From the human T2T-CHM13v2.0 reference genome, Homo sapiens: a DNA stretch of 64,000 nucleotides. Positions 13,663 through 25,800 of this stretch are shown here, in pieces. Positions within the stretch are counted from its first letter, which is position 1. Each line of letters starts with the position of its first letter. The stretch lies in the NCBI RefSeq assembly GCF_009914755.1, contig NC_060937.1; one strand, given 5' to 3'. The notes beneath the pieces were generated by a model. It had not been told where the DNA came from, ran no database searches, and saw nothing but the letters and a program-made list of their open reading frames with translations. The position numbers were made by a program, and so were the translations under genes.

Positions 13663-15097
13663 ATTTTAATTAAAATATTGATTTCACTAATTCTTACCTT
13701 TTTTATGATTTGGTAAGAGTTATGCTACTCATTTTACAGGGAAGAAAAATAAGGGCCAAATATTCATTCATTTAACAAAAAAAGTATTTATTTAGCACCT
13801 GCTAGGTATGAGCACCAAACTAGTCCATGAGGATTTGCTGGTGAGTAATGTTGTCCAAGACTCTCCTCTCATGGGACTTACATTCTTGTGGGGTAAACAG
13901 TCAACAAATAAGCAATGAATAATGACATAATCACAACTTGAGTGCTATGCAGGAAACAGGAAGGGTGATGAAACAGAGTACCTGGGGAAAGACACTTTAG
14001 ATATTGGACCAAGGGAAGGCCTCCCTGTAGAGTGAGCTTTGCCTTGAGGCTTAGAAAATAAGATGAAGAGAAGTGGCAAAAATCATTATAGCCCAAAGTC
14101 GAACACAAGATCCTGAGGCAGGAAAGGACCTGGTGTGTTTAAGGAACATGAAAACCCCAATATGCCATTGCTTCATGAACAAATTGGAGAGTGGAATGAG
14201 ATAAGGTTAGATGAGGAGGATCTGGTAAGCCACAGTGAATCATTAAAGCTTTCTTATCTGCAGGAAGGAGAAGCCAAGTGAAGGGTCTTAAGCAAAGAAG
14301 AGACAGAATCCAAGTAATATCTACTGTGTAAACAAAAGATCAGAGAATATCATGAGTGGAAAACCAAGAAGTAAGATATGATAGCAGCCTGGCTTAAGGT
14401 AGCAGGCTGGAGTTGGTGGCATCAACTTGCTGCTGTTGATGTCATCTTCAGTAACAGAAAGGAGTCATATTCAGAAAGGGAAGGAGGGAAGAGAAGGAAG
14501 CAAGGAAAATCTCTACATTGGAGACTTTTTTGTCAGTTAAGTGGATGGCAGTTCTATATACTGAGAAGAAGAAGATGGGGGAGGGAGCCACTTTGGGCAT
14601 AATAGTGGGGGTGAAGAGATGGGTTGGGGAGATGGCTATCAAAGACTTCCTTTTGAAAATACTAAGTTTGAGAGGAATATTAGACACCCAAGTAAAATTC
14701 TCAAGTTGGTAACTATGTCTACAGCTAAAAGTTTGAAATTTGTTGGAATATAGAAGGGGTTTGAAATTGGGGGACTGTTTAAGTTTATAAGGGAAGAAGA
14801 GAGAATGGGTAGAGAAGAAAAATCTCACTAGGAACTGAGTCTCAAGGCCAGAGGATTCACTTGCAATGGGTCCTTCCACAAACCAGGGTCAGATCTAGCA
14901 ATTTATTTTTACATCATCAGTTAGTATTGGAGTGGCGGCCGAGGCCAGAACTCAACTAAGTGGAGGTAGAGTTATGAATATATGTAATGGATACAGTAAG
15001 CCATGTTTCTGTGGTTCAGTCTCTTCCTTGGATACTTAAATAAGTTACTGCTAAGCTGCTTCCGCCTAGGAGTGGCTTTCAGGATCCCTCTGATTGC

Positions 15098-16470
15098 CAT
15101 CTTACTTCTAGATTCTACATTAGATGTGACAGGCACAGGCCAGTTGGCAATTATTGTGTCTTACTTTTATAAGGAAAAACTCTATGGCAATTTTTAACTT
15201 TTTCACCATCTGAAGGCATTGGACATGTAAAATGCTTCTATAGTCAACCAAGTGAAACCAGTTTTGAGCAATTGTTACTGCCACTGAGCTACAGTTCACA
15301 GATAGTCCAGTCGCATGACAATATAACTGAAAAGTGAGGACAAAGGGCTGGAAGCTCTGTTTAAAAACTTTAATAGCTATTCAGAATATGTGCATTGCAC
15401 AGTTTATTTCTTTAATCACACTGGAGAAAAAGCTGCCACCACAACACTAAAACTGTTGACCACTTCAATAGGTTGCAACAGTTATAAGCATGCCACCTTG
15501 ATTGTTTTTTTAAGAATCTAAGTATAACAAGATGATGTCCCCTTTATAAAGTTGTTCTCAAGCCTTATAACAGGAGTAAATTACGTTTTGAGGACTCTAA
15601 AATTTATTTCTGAGGAACTGAAAGAGAAACTTGAACATAAATAAAAAGCAAAAAAGCGTTATTTGAAATGTTAATAAAGTTCCAATGTACCATTTTGACT
15701 GCAGTTTTGAGACATTTGTAACTGTAACATGTCAGTAAAATAAGTGAAAAAAAAACCAGAATTAATTGGACTGATATAAAGAATTTCTTTTTTGTAATTT
15801 TGAAGTGTATTTATAAAATGATATAAGGGGAAATTCTGGTAAAAATAATAGTGGACTATGAAATAAAAATAATAAAGATAGGAAATCAATAAAAATTATT
15901 CTAACATGAAAAATAAAATGTTAACAAAAATAATATTAGAACCTACCAAAGCAGGTCTTCATTAATAGAAAAAGATAAATTCAGAATAGGAGTAAAGATT
16001 GCTTCTTCATCCCATTAATGACCAGGAGTGAATCTTATCAGCACATTAGAAAGATACTAAGTCTCTTGCTGATTTAGTGCAAAATACTGAGGATGACCAA
16101 GATAACATAAATCTCATGCTACCCCACTACAATAAGCAGTAACTTACTTAACTATCCAAGGACTTTTGCTATTAACCATTTGATAACAAACAGTTAATGA
16201 GCATTGCTTTCATTTCAGAGTAACTGTGACTAATTACTGTACAAGAAAACTTGAAATGCCCTAAATTCTTACAGCTTAATTACAAAAGAAACTTGATAGA
16301 GATTGCACAAGTTGACCATCCCAAAATGTTACGTGGCATTAACAATATTAAATTAGAAAGCTGAAAGGAAAGTCAATAAAGTAAACATAATATTCAACAA
16401 ATTCTGTTCCACTAGAAGAAATACTGAATTATTTTTCTGTTCTGTCTATAGAAAATATTCCAAAATTATC
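15098..16470 (+). pseudogene. decayed hAT transposase fragments
   Basis: ILLLDSTLDVTGTGQLAIIVSY (first catalytic Asp motif), QSHDN (cf. GQxYDN), YVHC (cf. CxxH motif), and LNYFSVLSIEN (C-terminal dimerisation domain), separated by stops and frameshifts. Confidence 0.75.
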
Positions 16471-16560
16471 ATCATATAGAGTTGACCAAAAACTAGGCAG
16501 CCAAAACTGTAAAAGGGAAAAGTTAAAGAGCCATGTCAGACAGTTAGCTAATAAATAATA

Positions 16561-16858
16561 TTTTTTTTCTTCTTTGAGACAGTCTCACTCTGTTGCCCAA
16601 GCTGGAATGCAGTGGCACAATGTTGGCTCACTGCAAGCTCCGCCTCCCAGGTTCAGGCCATTCTCTCTCCTCAGCCTCCTGAGTAGCTGGGACTACAGGT
16701 GTCCGCCACCATGCCCAGCTAATTTTGTTTTTGTAGTTTTAGCAGAGGCGGGGTTTCGCCACATTAGCCAGGATGGTCTCGATCTCCTGACCTTGTGATC
16801 CACCCACCTTGGCCTCCCAAAGTGCTGGGATTACAGGCATGAGCCACCACCCCTGGCC
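16561..16858 (-). mobile_element. AluY-like element inside Zaphod
   Basis: Diagnostic GCAAGCTCC, CCATTCTC and TTAGCCAGGATGGTCTCGATCTCCTGACC. Confidence 0.92.
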
Positions 16859-17264
16859 TACTGTATGTTATTTTTTAAATTTCATGATGTCCTATGTATT
16901 AAACTTTTGTCCTATGTATAATGTTTTAAAAATTGTCCTATGTATAAACTTTTCAAAATCTGTTATGATTTTTTTCTCTGAATATTTACTTTCATACTTA
17001 ATTTCGCATTTATAATTTTGGATTGTTTTACTTAAAGAATGTACCTACAGTGTATAAGCTTCAGGCCCCCCAAATCCTAGATGTACCTCTGTCTGAGGCC
17101 TGTGAGCATTCAGCTCTTGAACAGAAAAAGAGGAATGCTATGAAAAAGTGCTGTCACAAAAGCCAAGAGATGAGACTGTTTCAAGAAGGATAGCAGCAAA
17201 TGCTTCTGAGAGTTCAAGATAAAGGTTGAGATGATGTATTCTTTGGGTTCAGCAGCTTGAATGT

Positions 17265-19616
17265 TGATATGGTTTGGCTGTGTCCCCACCCAATCACCTT
17301 GAACCGTAATAACCCCACGTGTCAAGGACAGGGCCAGGTGGAGATAATTGAATCATGAGGGCAGTTTCTCCCATACTCTGCTCATGGTAATGAATAAGTC
17401 TCAGGAGATCTGATGGTTTTATAAATGGGAGTTTCCCTGCACAAGCTCTCTTGAATGCCACCAGGTAAGACGTAACTTTGCTCCTCATTCATCTTCTGCT
17501 ATAATTGTGAGGCCTCCATAGCCATGTGGAACTGTGAGTCAAACCTCTTTCCTTTACAAAGTACCCAGCCTCAGGTATGCCTTTATTAGCAGCATGAGAA
17601 GAGACTAATAGAATAAATTGGTACTGGTAGAGTGGGGTGCTGCTGGAAAGATGCTTAAAAATGTGGAAGCGATTTTGGAACTGGGTAACAGGTAGAAGGT
17701 GGAACAGTTTGGAGGGCTCAGAAGAAGGCAGAAAGATGCAGGGAAGTTTGGAACTTCCTAGAGACTTGTTGAATGGCTTTGACCAAAGTGTGGAAAGTGA
17801 TATGGACAATCAAGTCCAGGTTGAGGTGGTCTCAGATGGAGATGAGGAACTTGTTGGGAACTGGAGCAAAGGTGACTTTTGCTATGTTTTAGCATTTTGC
17901 ACCTGCCCTAGAGATTTGTGGAACTTTGAACTTGAGAGAAATGATTTAGGGCAACTGGTGGAAGAAATTTCCAAGCAGCAAAGCACTCAAGAGGTGACTT
18001 GGGTGCTGTTAAAAGCATTCGGTTTTTGTATTCACTAAGATACGGTTTGGAATTGGAACTTACATTTAAAAGGGAAACAGAGCACAAAAGTTTGGAAAAT
18101 TTGCAGCCTGATGATGTGATAGAAAAGAAAAACCCATTTTCTCAGGTGAAATTCAAGCCAGCTGCAAGAATTTGCATAAGTAACAAGGAGCCAAATGTTA
18201 ATCACCAAGACAATGGGCAAAATGTCTCCAGTGCATGTCAGAGGTAATCTCAGCAGCCCCTGTAGCAAACTTTTGCCTGGACATCCAGGCACTGTTGGGA
18301 TGGCAGCAGCCCCTGCCATCACAGACCCAGAGGCCTAGGAAGAAAAAATGGTTTTGCGGGCCAGAACCAGGGCCTTACTGCTTAGTGCAGTCTCAAGACT
18401 TGGTGCCCTGCATTCCAGCCATGGCTAAAAGGGGCCAACATAGAGCTCAGGCCACTGTTTCAAGGAGTACAAGCCCCAAGACTTGGTGGCTTCCACATGC
18501 AGTTGAGCCTGCAAGTGCACAGAGGTCAAGAATTGAGGTTTGGAGACTTCTGCCTAGATTTCAGTGGATGTATGGAAATGCCTCGATGTCCAGGCAAGTT
18601 TGCTACAGGGGCAGAGCCCTCATGGAGAACCTCTGCTACGGCAGTGTGGAAGGGAAATGTAGGGTCAGAGCCCCCACCCAGAGTCCCCATTGGTGCACTG
18701 CCTAGTGGAGCTCTGAGAAGAGGGCCACAGTCCTCCAGACCCCGAAATGGTAGATCCTCTGACAGCTTGCATCATGCACCTGGAAAAGGTGCAGACACTC
18801 AATGCCAGCCCGTGAAAGCAGCCAGAAAAAGGGCTGTACCCTGCAAAGCCACAAGAGTGGAGCTGCCCAACACCATGAGAACCCACCTCTTTCATCAGCA
18901 TGACCTGGATGTGAGACATGGAGTCAAAGGAGCTCATTTCGGAGCTTTAAGATTTGATTGCCCTGCTGGATTTTGGATTTGCATGGGGCCTGTAGCCCCT
19001 TCCTTTTGGCCAATTTCTCCCATTTGGAAAAGGTGTATTCACCCAATGCCTGTACCTCCATTGTATCTATGAAGTAACTAACTTGCTTTTGATCTTACAG
19101 GCTCATAGGCAGAAGAGACTTGCCTTGTCTCAGATGAGACTTTGGACTGTGGACTTTTGAGTTAATACTGAAATGAGTTAAGACTTTGGGGCACTGTTGG
19201 GAAGGCATGATTGATTTTGAAATGTGAGGACATGAGACTTGGGAGGGGCCGGGAGTGGAATGATATGGTTTGGCTGTGTCCCCTTCCAAATCCCACCTTG
19301 AATTGTAATAATCCCCATGTGTCAAGGGCAGGGCCAGGTGGAGATAATTGAATCATAGCGGTGGTTTCCCCCATACTGCTCTCCTGGTAGTGAATAAATC
19401 TTATGAGATCTGATTGTTTTATAAATGGGAGTCCCATTGCACATGCTCTTTTGTCTCCTGCCATGTAAGATGTGACTTTGCTCCTCATTTGCCTTCCACC
19501 ACAATTGTGAGGCCTCCCCAGTCACGTGGAACTGTGAGTCAATTAAGCTTCTTTCCTTTAGAAATTACCCAGTCTTTGATATGTCTTTATTAGCAGCATG
19601 AGAACAGACTAATACA
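17265..19616 (+). mobile_element. complete THE1B-type MaLR provirus: 5' LTR 17265-17612, internal 17613-19260, 3' LTR 19261-19616
   Basis: Two LTRs starting TGATATGGTTTGGCTGTGTCCC and ending GACTAATA(C/G)A; purine-rich tract before the 3' LTR; perfect 5-bp TSD AATGT (17260-17264, 19617-19621). Confidence 0.95.
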
Positions 19617-19715
19617 AATGTGTTGTTAACTTTGACAAGAGTGGGGTCACTGGAGTGGGAAGACGAAGCCTTATTGGAGCAGGTTGAAGAGCAAATTGGC
19701 CATGTGTGATATTCA

Positions 19716-20146
19716 GTTGTATTATGTGCTGGGTATTCTCTGATGTCCTCCTCTCCTGTCCTACTGGGCTTTGGGAGGCTGACTTCTATCAACCACTTCA
19801 CCAGCCTTGCCAACTGGCTTGGGTTGGCTAATTGAAGGCACTGATAGAAGACTGAGCCATGGTTTGGGGCTGGACTCCTCTGCCTGGGATCACACAGCCT
19901 GTGGGTGAGCACTCTCCTTTGGCTACAGCTCTCATAAGGTCCAACAGCAGTGGTCCCCTTTGCCCTTCAGGTCTAGGGGAAGGAATAGATTTCTGCTCCT
20001 GCTAGCACCTGAGCACTTCAGCATTTCATACTGGTTCCCTTAACCTTATCTCTGAAAATAATCCTTCTTAAATGGTCTCCAGTTAAATCAGGGTTTGAAT
20101 CAGGGTTAATTGGGTTAATTCACCCTGCCAGGACCTGACTGATACA
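19716..20146 (+). mobile_element. LTR33-like ERVL solo LTR
   Basis: GGGAGGCTGACTTC, CCCTTTGCCCTTCAGGTCTAGGGG and terminus CCTGCCAGGACCTGACTGATACA. Confidence 0.65.
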
Positions 20147-21059
20147 TACTGACTTTTCTACGAATAAATCCACCCTGTGTAGCCCTAATTGGCTGCAGGC
20201 ATTGAAGACCTTTACAAGCTCAGCTCCTGAGACAAGTATAATCAGGTGTGACAGAATAAGAGCTCCATTAGGGACAAGGGTTGGGACTTAGTTCCGCAAG
20301 TCTAAGGCAGTATTTGATATTTCTAGGTCCTGACATGATTCCTGAGATTTTCCTCTCACCTTTAACCCAAATGTTAGTTAGACCTCACAGCCAGGGCCTG
20401 TGTTGGTTTTGTGAGTAGAGTCGAGCGCCCACTCTTTTGGTGGTTCCCTCCTCAAGCCAGGCCCCTATGCTCAGGCCCTTTTTATCTGCCTAGCTCTTAG
20501 GAAGCTGCATCCTGCTCTGCAAAGCCCCAGTCAATGGCAGGGGTCCTAGGACTCTGCAGCCACTCCCACAGCTGGAATCACAAGATTGCTACCAATGCAG
20601 CTGTAGGTGTAACTGATCAGCTCTCCACACAGAGGTTGTATTCCCTTGGAGACTGAACTAAACTGAATCATCTCAAGTTTGTTACAATAAAATTGTGGTT
20701 TCAGTTCCTATGAACAGCCTGTCCCACAGTCAAGTTACTCCCCTAGCTCTGCCTGTTCACATTGCCACGTGACTGCCTTTCCCCATCAGCCCTATCTCCT
20801 CATCAGACCTGGTGGTCCTGATTAAAAAAAAAAGATCTGTTCTGAGAAATAGTGATTTCTGCTTAAAGAGCATGCTCTGAATGAAATTTCCCTGCTGATG
20901 TCAGGAATTGGCATTGGTACAGTCATTCCTAAAAAAAAAAAAAAAAAAAGGAAAATCTCATCTCTGCACCATCTTTGATATATCCTGGCACTTTCTCTCT
21001 CAGGAAGATGATTGGAAAATGGCACTCAGATCCTGTCGCTGCCCTGCATTTAATCATTC

Positions 21060-21575
21060 ACTTGCTCTCCAAAATGTTTGGAGCCACGTTTAAATTTCTT
21101 TGTTCAACACACAGGCCTTTCATCACTGGAACTCCATCCTCCTCTCTAGCTTCATTTCTTGCATTCCTGACCTGAGCTCTTTGAACGATTTCCAATGACC
21201 TATTTCCCAGCCACATTGTGCTCTCTCATGCCTCTTTGGCTTGCACATAATGTCCAATCTATTCCGAATTCCCTTCCTCCGCTTCTCCCTGCAAAATCTA
21301 CTCGCCCTTCAAGACTCACCTCAAGCATCCCCTCCTCCAGGGAACTTTCCCTTAACTTCCCAGTGAAGGAAGGACTTCATTTTGCTATTTGAATAGCACA
21401 CAGGATCATACACTTATATATTATATATTGATTGTTATTATGTTAACAATCAGTTACTTATCTAATCTTAGTCATTAGCCTATACATTTCTGGGAGAATT
21501 GTTCATGCTGATGTTGTCAGCATCTAAGACAAGGCCTGACAGCAGCACTTCCATGTGTGTTGAATAAATGAATGT
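21060..21575 (+). mobile_element. L2 3' fragment
   Basis: Pyrimidine-rich L2 3' region ending TGTTGAATAAATGAATG. Confidence 0.55.
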
Positions 21576-22024
21576 ATACATTTTGACAGGACAGATCAAG
21601 AGGAATAAGGGTATATTGTAGAGGGGGGAGGGGAAGCAACAAAACTATGAGCAAAAACATGGATTAGTGAGAACATGGGAGGAAAATGTTGAGAATATTT
21701 ATCCTAAGAAAGAAAGGAGATAAGATGGCTTATTTTCACATATGTGACACATTATGATAAATAGGCACACTTAAAGAGATGTGCTGGAATTGTATCCAAA
21801 GAGTATACTTAAAAAACACAAAGAAATATCTTTTATAATTGTGAGTATACAAGACTTTCTTAATACATTTTTTACATGTTATCCCTAGAAATATTAAAAA
21901 ATAAAATGAAAATCCATTTTGCTTAATAGTTTGAGTAGACATTTGCCTGAAGGAAAATAGAAATGGAGTCATCATTTTAGAGTTGCAAATATCAGCCAGT
22001 CCACTTAGCTGTGTCAGAAGAGTG

Positions 22025-22410
22025 CAGTAGTAAAGACCACAGGCTTGGAGTCTAGGAGAGCCATTCTCATCCTAGTTTCACTTCTCACTGGTTACTTCTT
22101 ACTACTTTACCACTTGGTAGCTTCATGGTCTGGGTCAAGCTACTTAACTTCAGTGTGCTTTGGTTTTATCATCTGCACAAAAGGGATAATAGTTGAAGCT
22201 ACTTTATAGTGTGGTTATGAGGAGTAAATGAGATAACACACAAAGATGTAACAAGTCAGATTTCAATAATGTGAACTTTAATTATCATCAACGTTATTGT
22301 TTTACATAGAAGGAAGCTATGGTCAGGACGACATACACAGGGACATACAACCAGTTACTGGTCGAGTTAGGACTGGAATCGGGTATTCAGATGTGAATTT
22401 CACTACTCTT
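22025..22410. mobile_element. MIR fragments
   Basis: MIR core GGGTCAAGCTACTTAACTTCAGTGTGCTTTGGTTTTATCATCTG...GGGATAATAG, followed by an opposite-orientation piece. Confidence 0.6.
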
Positions 22411-23684
22411 TCCGTGACAGAAGGGGCTAGGAACTGAATAAACATAATGTCATTAGCTCTTACAGAGAACAGTACAGAGTGAAAAACTGCATTAGGAATT
22501 CAAAATTGGAATCATCTAACCTGGAACCTTTATTAACAAAAGGATTAACATTTGATTTTTGTAGCCTTAACTTTTCAGTTACAAAAAGCAAAATACTTTT
22601 CTTGTGGCAGTCTATTTGAAACCCTCTTTTCAATGACGAAATCTTTAACATTGCTCCTATTTAAAGCTGGAATTTGTTAAGACTTCAAGAAAGAAAGTTA
22701 AATTGGTATTATGACCTCCAAAAAAGAACTGAAAAATGTTTGGTCTTCCGGTTCATTACCTCCAAGAAGCTTCATATCTATTTTTTAGAAAAAGCTGAGT
22801 GATGGAGTGTTTCTGCTTCCAACCAGATGTTTGATGTCAAATAGATCGAAGGAAAGCCACGTGACTACAATTCTTATACTCTGCTTAGGAGATGTGTGTG
22901 ATTTGTCAGACAGCTGGAAGCCCAGAGGTGGAGGTTTGATGTTTAATATTTTTCTTTTGCTGAATACATTTAGAAATTGGTCCTTAGCCATCTTTCTAAA
23001 AATCATTTTTGCTTGAAATGTTTTTCTTCAAGAAATAAAATGTAGGTAGAATTTAGCTACAAGATGAAAGCTCAAAAGATTATAAATAAGAATCATGAAG
23101 ATTCATGAAATCATCGACCCATTCATATTTATAGAGTATGTGTGCCTCTACTATTTCTAAAATGATTATTTCTCAGCATGGGTTGAGGTTTTCTTTTAGT
23201 AATCTCTGCCCTCTAAAATTCAATTCACAGTAATCTTTTTCTTCCTACATTGCATGGATTAAGTCTTCTCCAGTGTGACGGATTTTTTAAAAAACCTAAT
23301 GACTAGGTGATTGCAAATCTTTTTTCCAGTATTATAAATAACAATGCCTCATTTCTGGCTAAATATTAAGAATTTGAACTGTGCTTGCTGTTTAAAATAT
23401 CTTTTAAATGTCCACAATTGAATTAAAGTCTTATGTTCAATCACAAACCATGAAATTAGTTGGTATTACCAATGTTCTGCAATTCAGGCCGTGAAAAAAA
23501 AATCAAAAGATCGCAATGCAAAATTGCCGAAAAAAAGTCTCAACTAAAATCAGGTCTTTGTATTTTCTAAAGGCCTTGACTGCATCTGTCAAAGGGTAAA
23601 AACAAAAACCATGCAAAAGAACTCCATCCACATACATGATTCTTTATTTTACAGAAACAAGAACTTCACCCATATACATGATTC

Positions 23685-23999
23685 TTTTTTTTTTTTTTTT
23701 TTGAAATGGAGTATTGCTCTGTTGCCCAGGCTGGAGTGCAGTGACACGATCAGCTCACTGAAAGCTCCACCTCCCGGGTTCATGCCATTCTCCTGCCTCA
23801 GCCTCCTGAGTAGCTGGGACTACAGGCGCCTGCCACCACGCCCGGCTAATTTTTTTTTTTTTTTTTTTTTTTGTATTTTTTAGTAGAGACGGGGTTTCAC
23901 CATATTAGCCAGGATGGTCTCGATCTCCTGACCTTGTGATCCGCCTGCCTCAGCCTCCCAAAGTGCTGGGATTACAGGCGTGAGCCACCGCGCCCAGCC
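23685..23999 (-). mobile_element. AluY, full length, with an expanded middle A-rich run
   Basis: AluY diagnostics with many CpGs retained; TSD CATATACATGATTCTTT (from 23671 and from 24000). Confidence 0.96.
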
Positions 24000-24354
24000 C
24001 ATATACATGATTCTTTATTTTATAAAAACAAACAAAAATCTCCCATTTCAAATAGGTAAAATAGATTTTAAGTGACAAAGTATGTCACAGATTTAAGTCT
24101 CTTTATGTCAGTTTTTAAAAATAAGAGTTAAGATTGTGTTTACACATAAAAGCCTCTGTATATTTTGAGTGAATTTCTGGTATAGTCAACATACTCATCA
24201 TTTCATCCAAACCACAGGCTATTAAACAATGATTAAGCAGACTACTCATCCCAAGATCTGAGCTGACCTGAAAGCCTTCCCATTCTGAATCATTAACCAA
24301 TAGCACCCCTTCTGTGTGGGGAAAAAAAAAAAACAAGTTACCATGATTTAGCTC

Positions 24355-24515
24355 TTGCTACTCAAGAGAGGTCTGCAGAACGCAGTGTTAATGTCACAAG
24401 AGAGTGTGTTAGAAATGCAAAATTTCAGGCACTACCCCAAATCTCCTGAAGTACAATCTACATTTTAACAAGATCCCAAGTAAATCAAATGCATATTAAG
24501 TTTTGAGAAGCACTG
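24355..24515. mobile_element. MER5-family hAT MITE
   Basis: TGTTAGAAATGCAAAATTTCAGGC...CATTTTAACAAGATCCC...TTTGAGAAGCACTG. Confidence 0.7.
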
Positions 24516-25800
24516 ATGTAGTTAATTGCCGTAAAAATGTACATTTCTTTCCTAATTGCCTAAAATAATATCTAGAAGAAAAGTGAGCAATAGTTTTGGG
24601 AGAGAAAAGTTTATGGCACCTACTATGTATACTTTTAGAATTTACCTCATTTAATCTTCATTTTAAAAATCACTGCCAGGTGAATTTATTCTCATTTTTA
24701 TAGTGGGGGAACTAAGTGCCTTGTCAAAGATTACACAGCTAATAAATGTTGGAGCCAAGATCCAGAAGAAGGCCAATGTCTGGCTCCAATGTTTCCCATC
24801 TCTTTTCCATTATAGCACACTATCCCTTATCTTGCCCATTTTATAATGCCACTTAGAACCACTAAATGTCTTCAGTATGGGCCTTAGATTGAAGTTCACA
24901 TCAAAGTCCATTTATTAAAATCACTTGGTTGGTAACTTATGTTTTTGAGTTTTGTGTCCAAGGCTGCCCTGTGTTGGTCATATACCCTGGTTTAGCAAGC
25001 TGAGCTGTTGTCATGCTGTGTAAGGTCCACTGATGGTATATCCTTTCCTCTTGACTTCAGAATGTATTATTTCAGTAATTTACAGATGCAAATATTTTCC
25101 ATGGTTGTTGCAGATAAAATGGTCTCAAAATCTTGTCAAATATCCCAGTTAAAAATTACACAGGAATCCTGAAAATAGTCTCTTACCAACTACATCAGTA
25201 AGAAGTATCATTTTGTTCTTTGGAGGGAGGGGACTTGTATGCCGTATAAAAAGGTCCACCCTAGTCCCCAATCATGCCATTGCCCTTCTACACATACAGA
25301 TAAATGGTAATTCAGTCATTCACCAGATTAGATTCTGGATCTGCTTTTTAGAAATCTGTGGCTACATAAAACTAGAATTTCATTTAGGGAAATCATAGAA
25401 GACTTCTTGTGACAGTCTACATCTTGAATTAGAAATTTACATCTTTGAATCCATCATTTTCTTTTTCAAAAAGTGTCCAGTTCACTAGTGAATGGCCATA
25501 GAAGTAACCAGTCAAACCTATTATACTCTTTATTCACAACAAAATATTCTATAGTAGCAAATACATGGTCACCCTAAGATTTACCTTCTTTCTATAAACA
25601 CTTGATTACAAGACAGAGCAGGTGATAATTTAAGTGATGGTTTTGCCCTCCGTGCCATGAACTGCCAGTGACCCCCTTACCAATGTAAACAAGGTCATTA
25701 TTGCCTTTAGATTTCATCAGATCAGGAACTCAATTTAGATAACCCAGAGGCCTCTCTTTCAAAGTTCTGTTCCTCTGAAACCATTTCTAGTACTAATTAC

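Larger units (their letters stand above)
14849..17091 (+). mobile_element. Zaphod/MER115-family hAT-Tip100 DNA transposon, internally deleted, both termini present
   Basis: Termini CAGAGG...CCTCTG; 3' end TATAAGCTTCAGGCCCC...; degenerate TSD (T)CTCAAGGC / TCTGAGGC; fossil transposase motifs inside. Confidence 0.8.
13762..19700 (-). mobile_element. L2 LINE remnant in three pieces (13762-14848, 17092-17264, 19617-19700), split by Zaphod and THE1B
   Basis: L2 3' end ATTCATTCATTTAACAAA...TATTTAGCACC; L2-like text continues colinearly across both insertions (AAATGCTTCTGAGAGTTCAAG ... TTGACAAGAGTGGGGTCACTGGAGTGG). Confidence 0.7.

Noticed and set aside
13117-13716. 199-aa ORF, the longest in the track
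   Set aside because: It reads through a purine-rich tract, an antisense Alu, poly(A) and (TA)n; typical Alu-derived spurious translation.
14448-14879. 143-aa minus-strand ORF
   Set aside because: It lies in a decayed L2 with no recognisable intact domain.
17637-19072. ORFs of 133, 156 and 191 aa
   Set aside because: They lie wholly within THE1 internal sequence in shifting frames; degraded MaLR-internal ORF, not a host gene.
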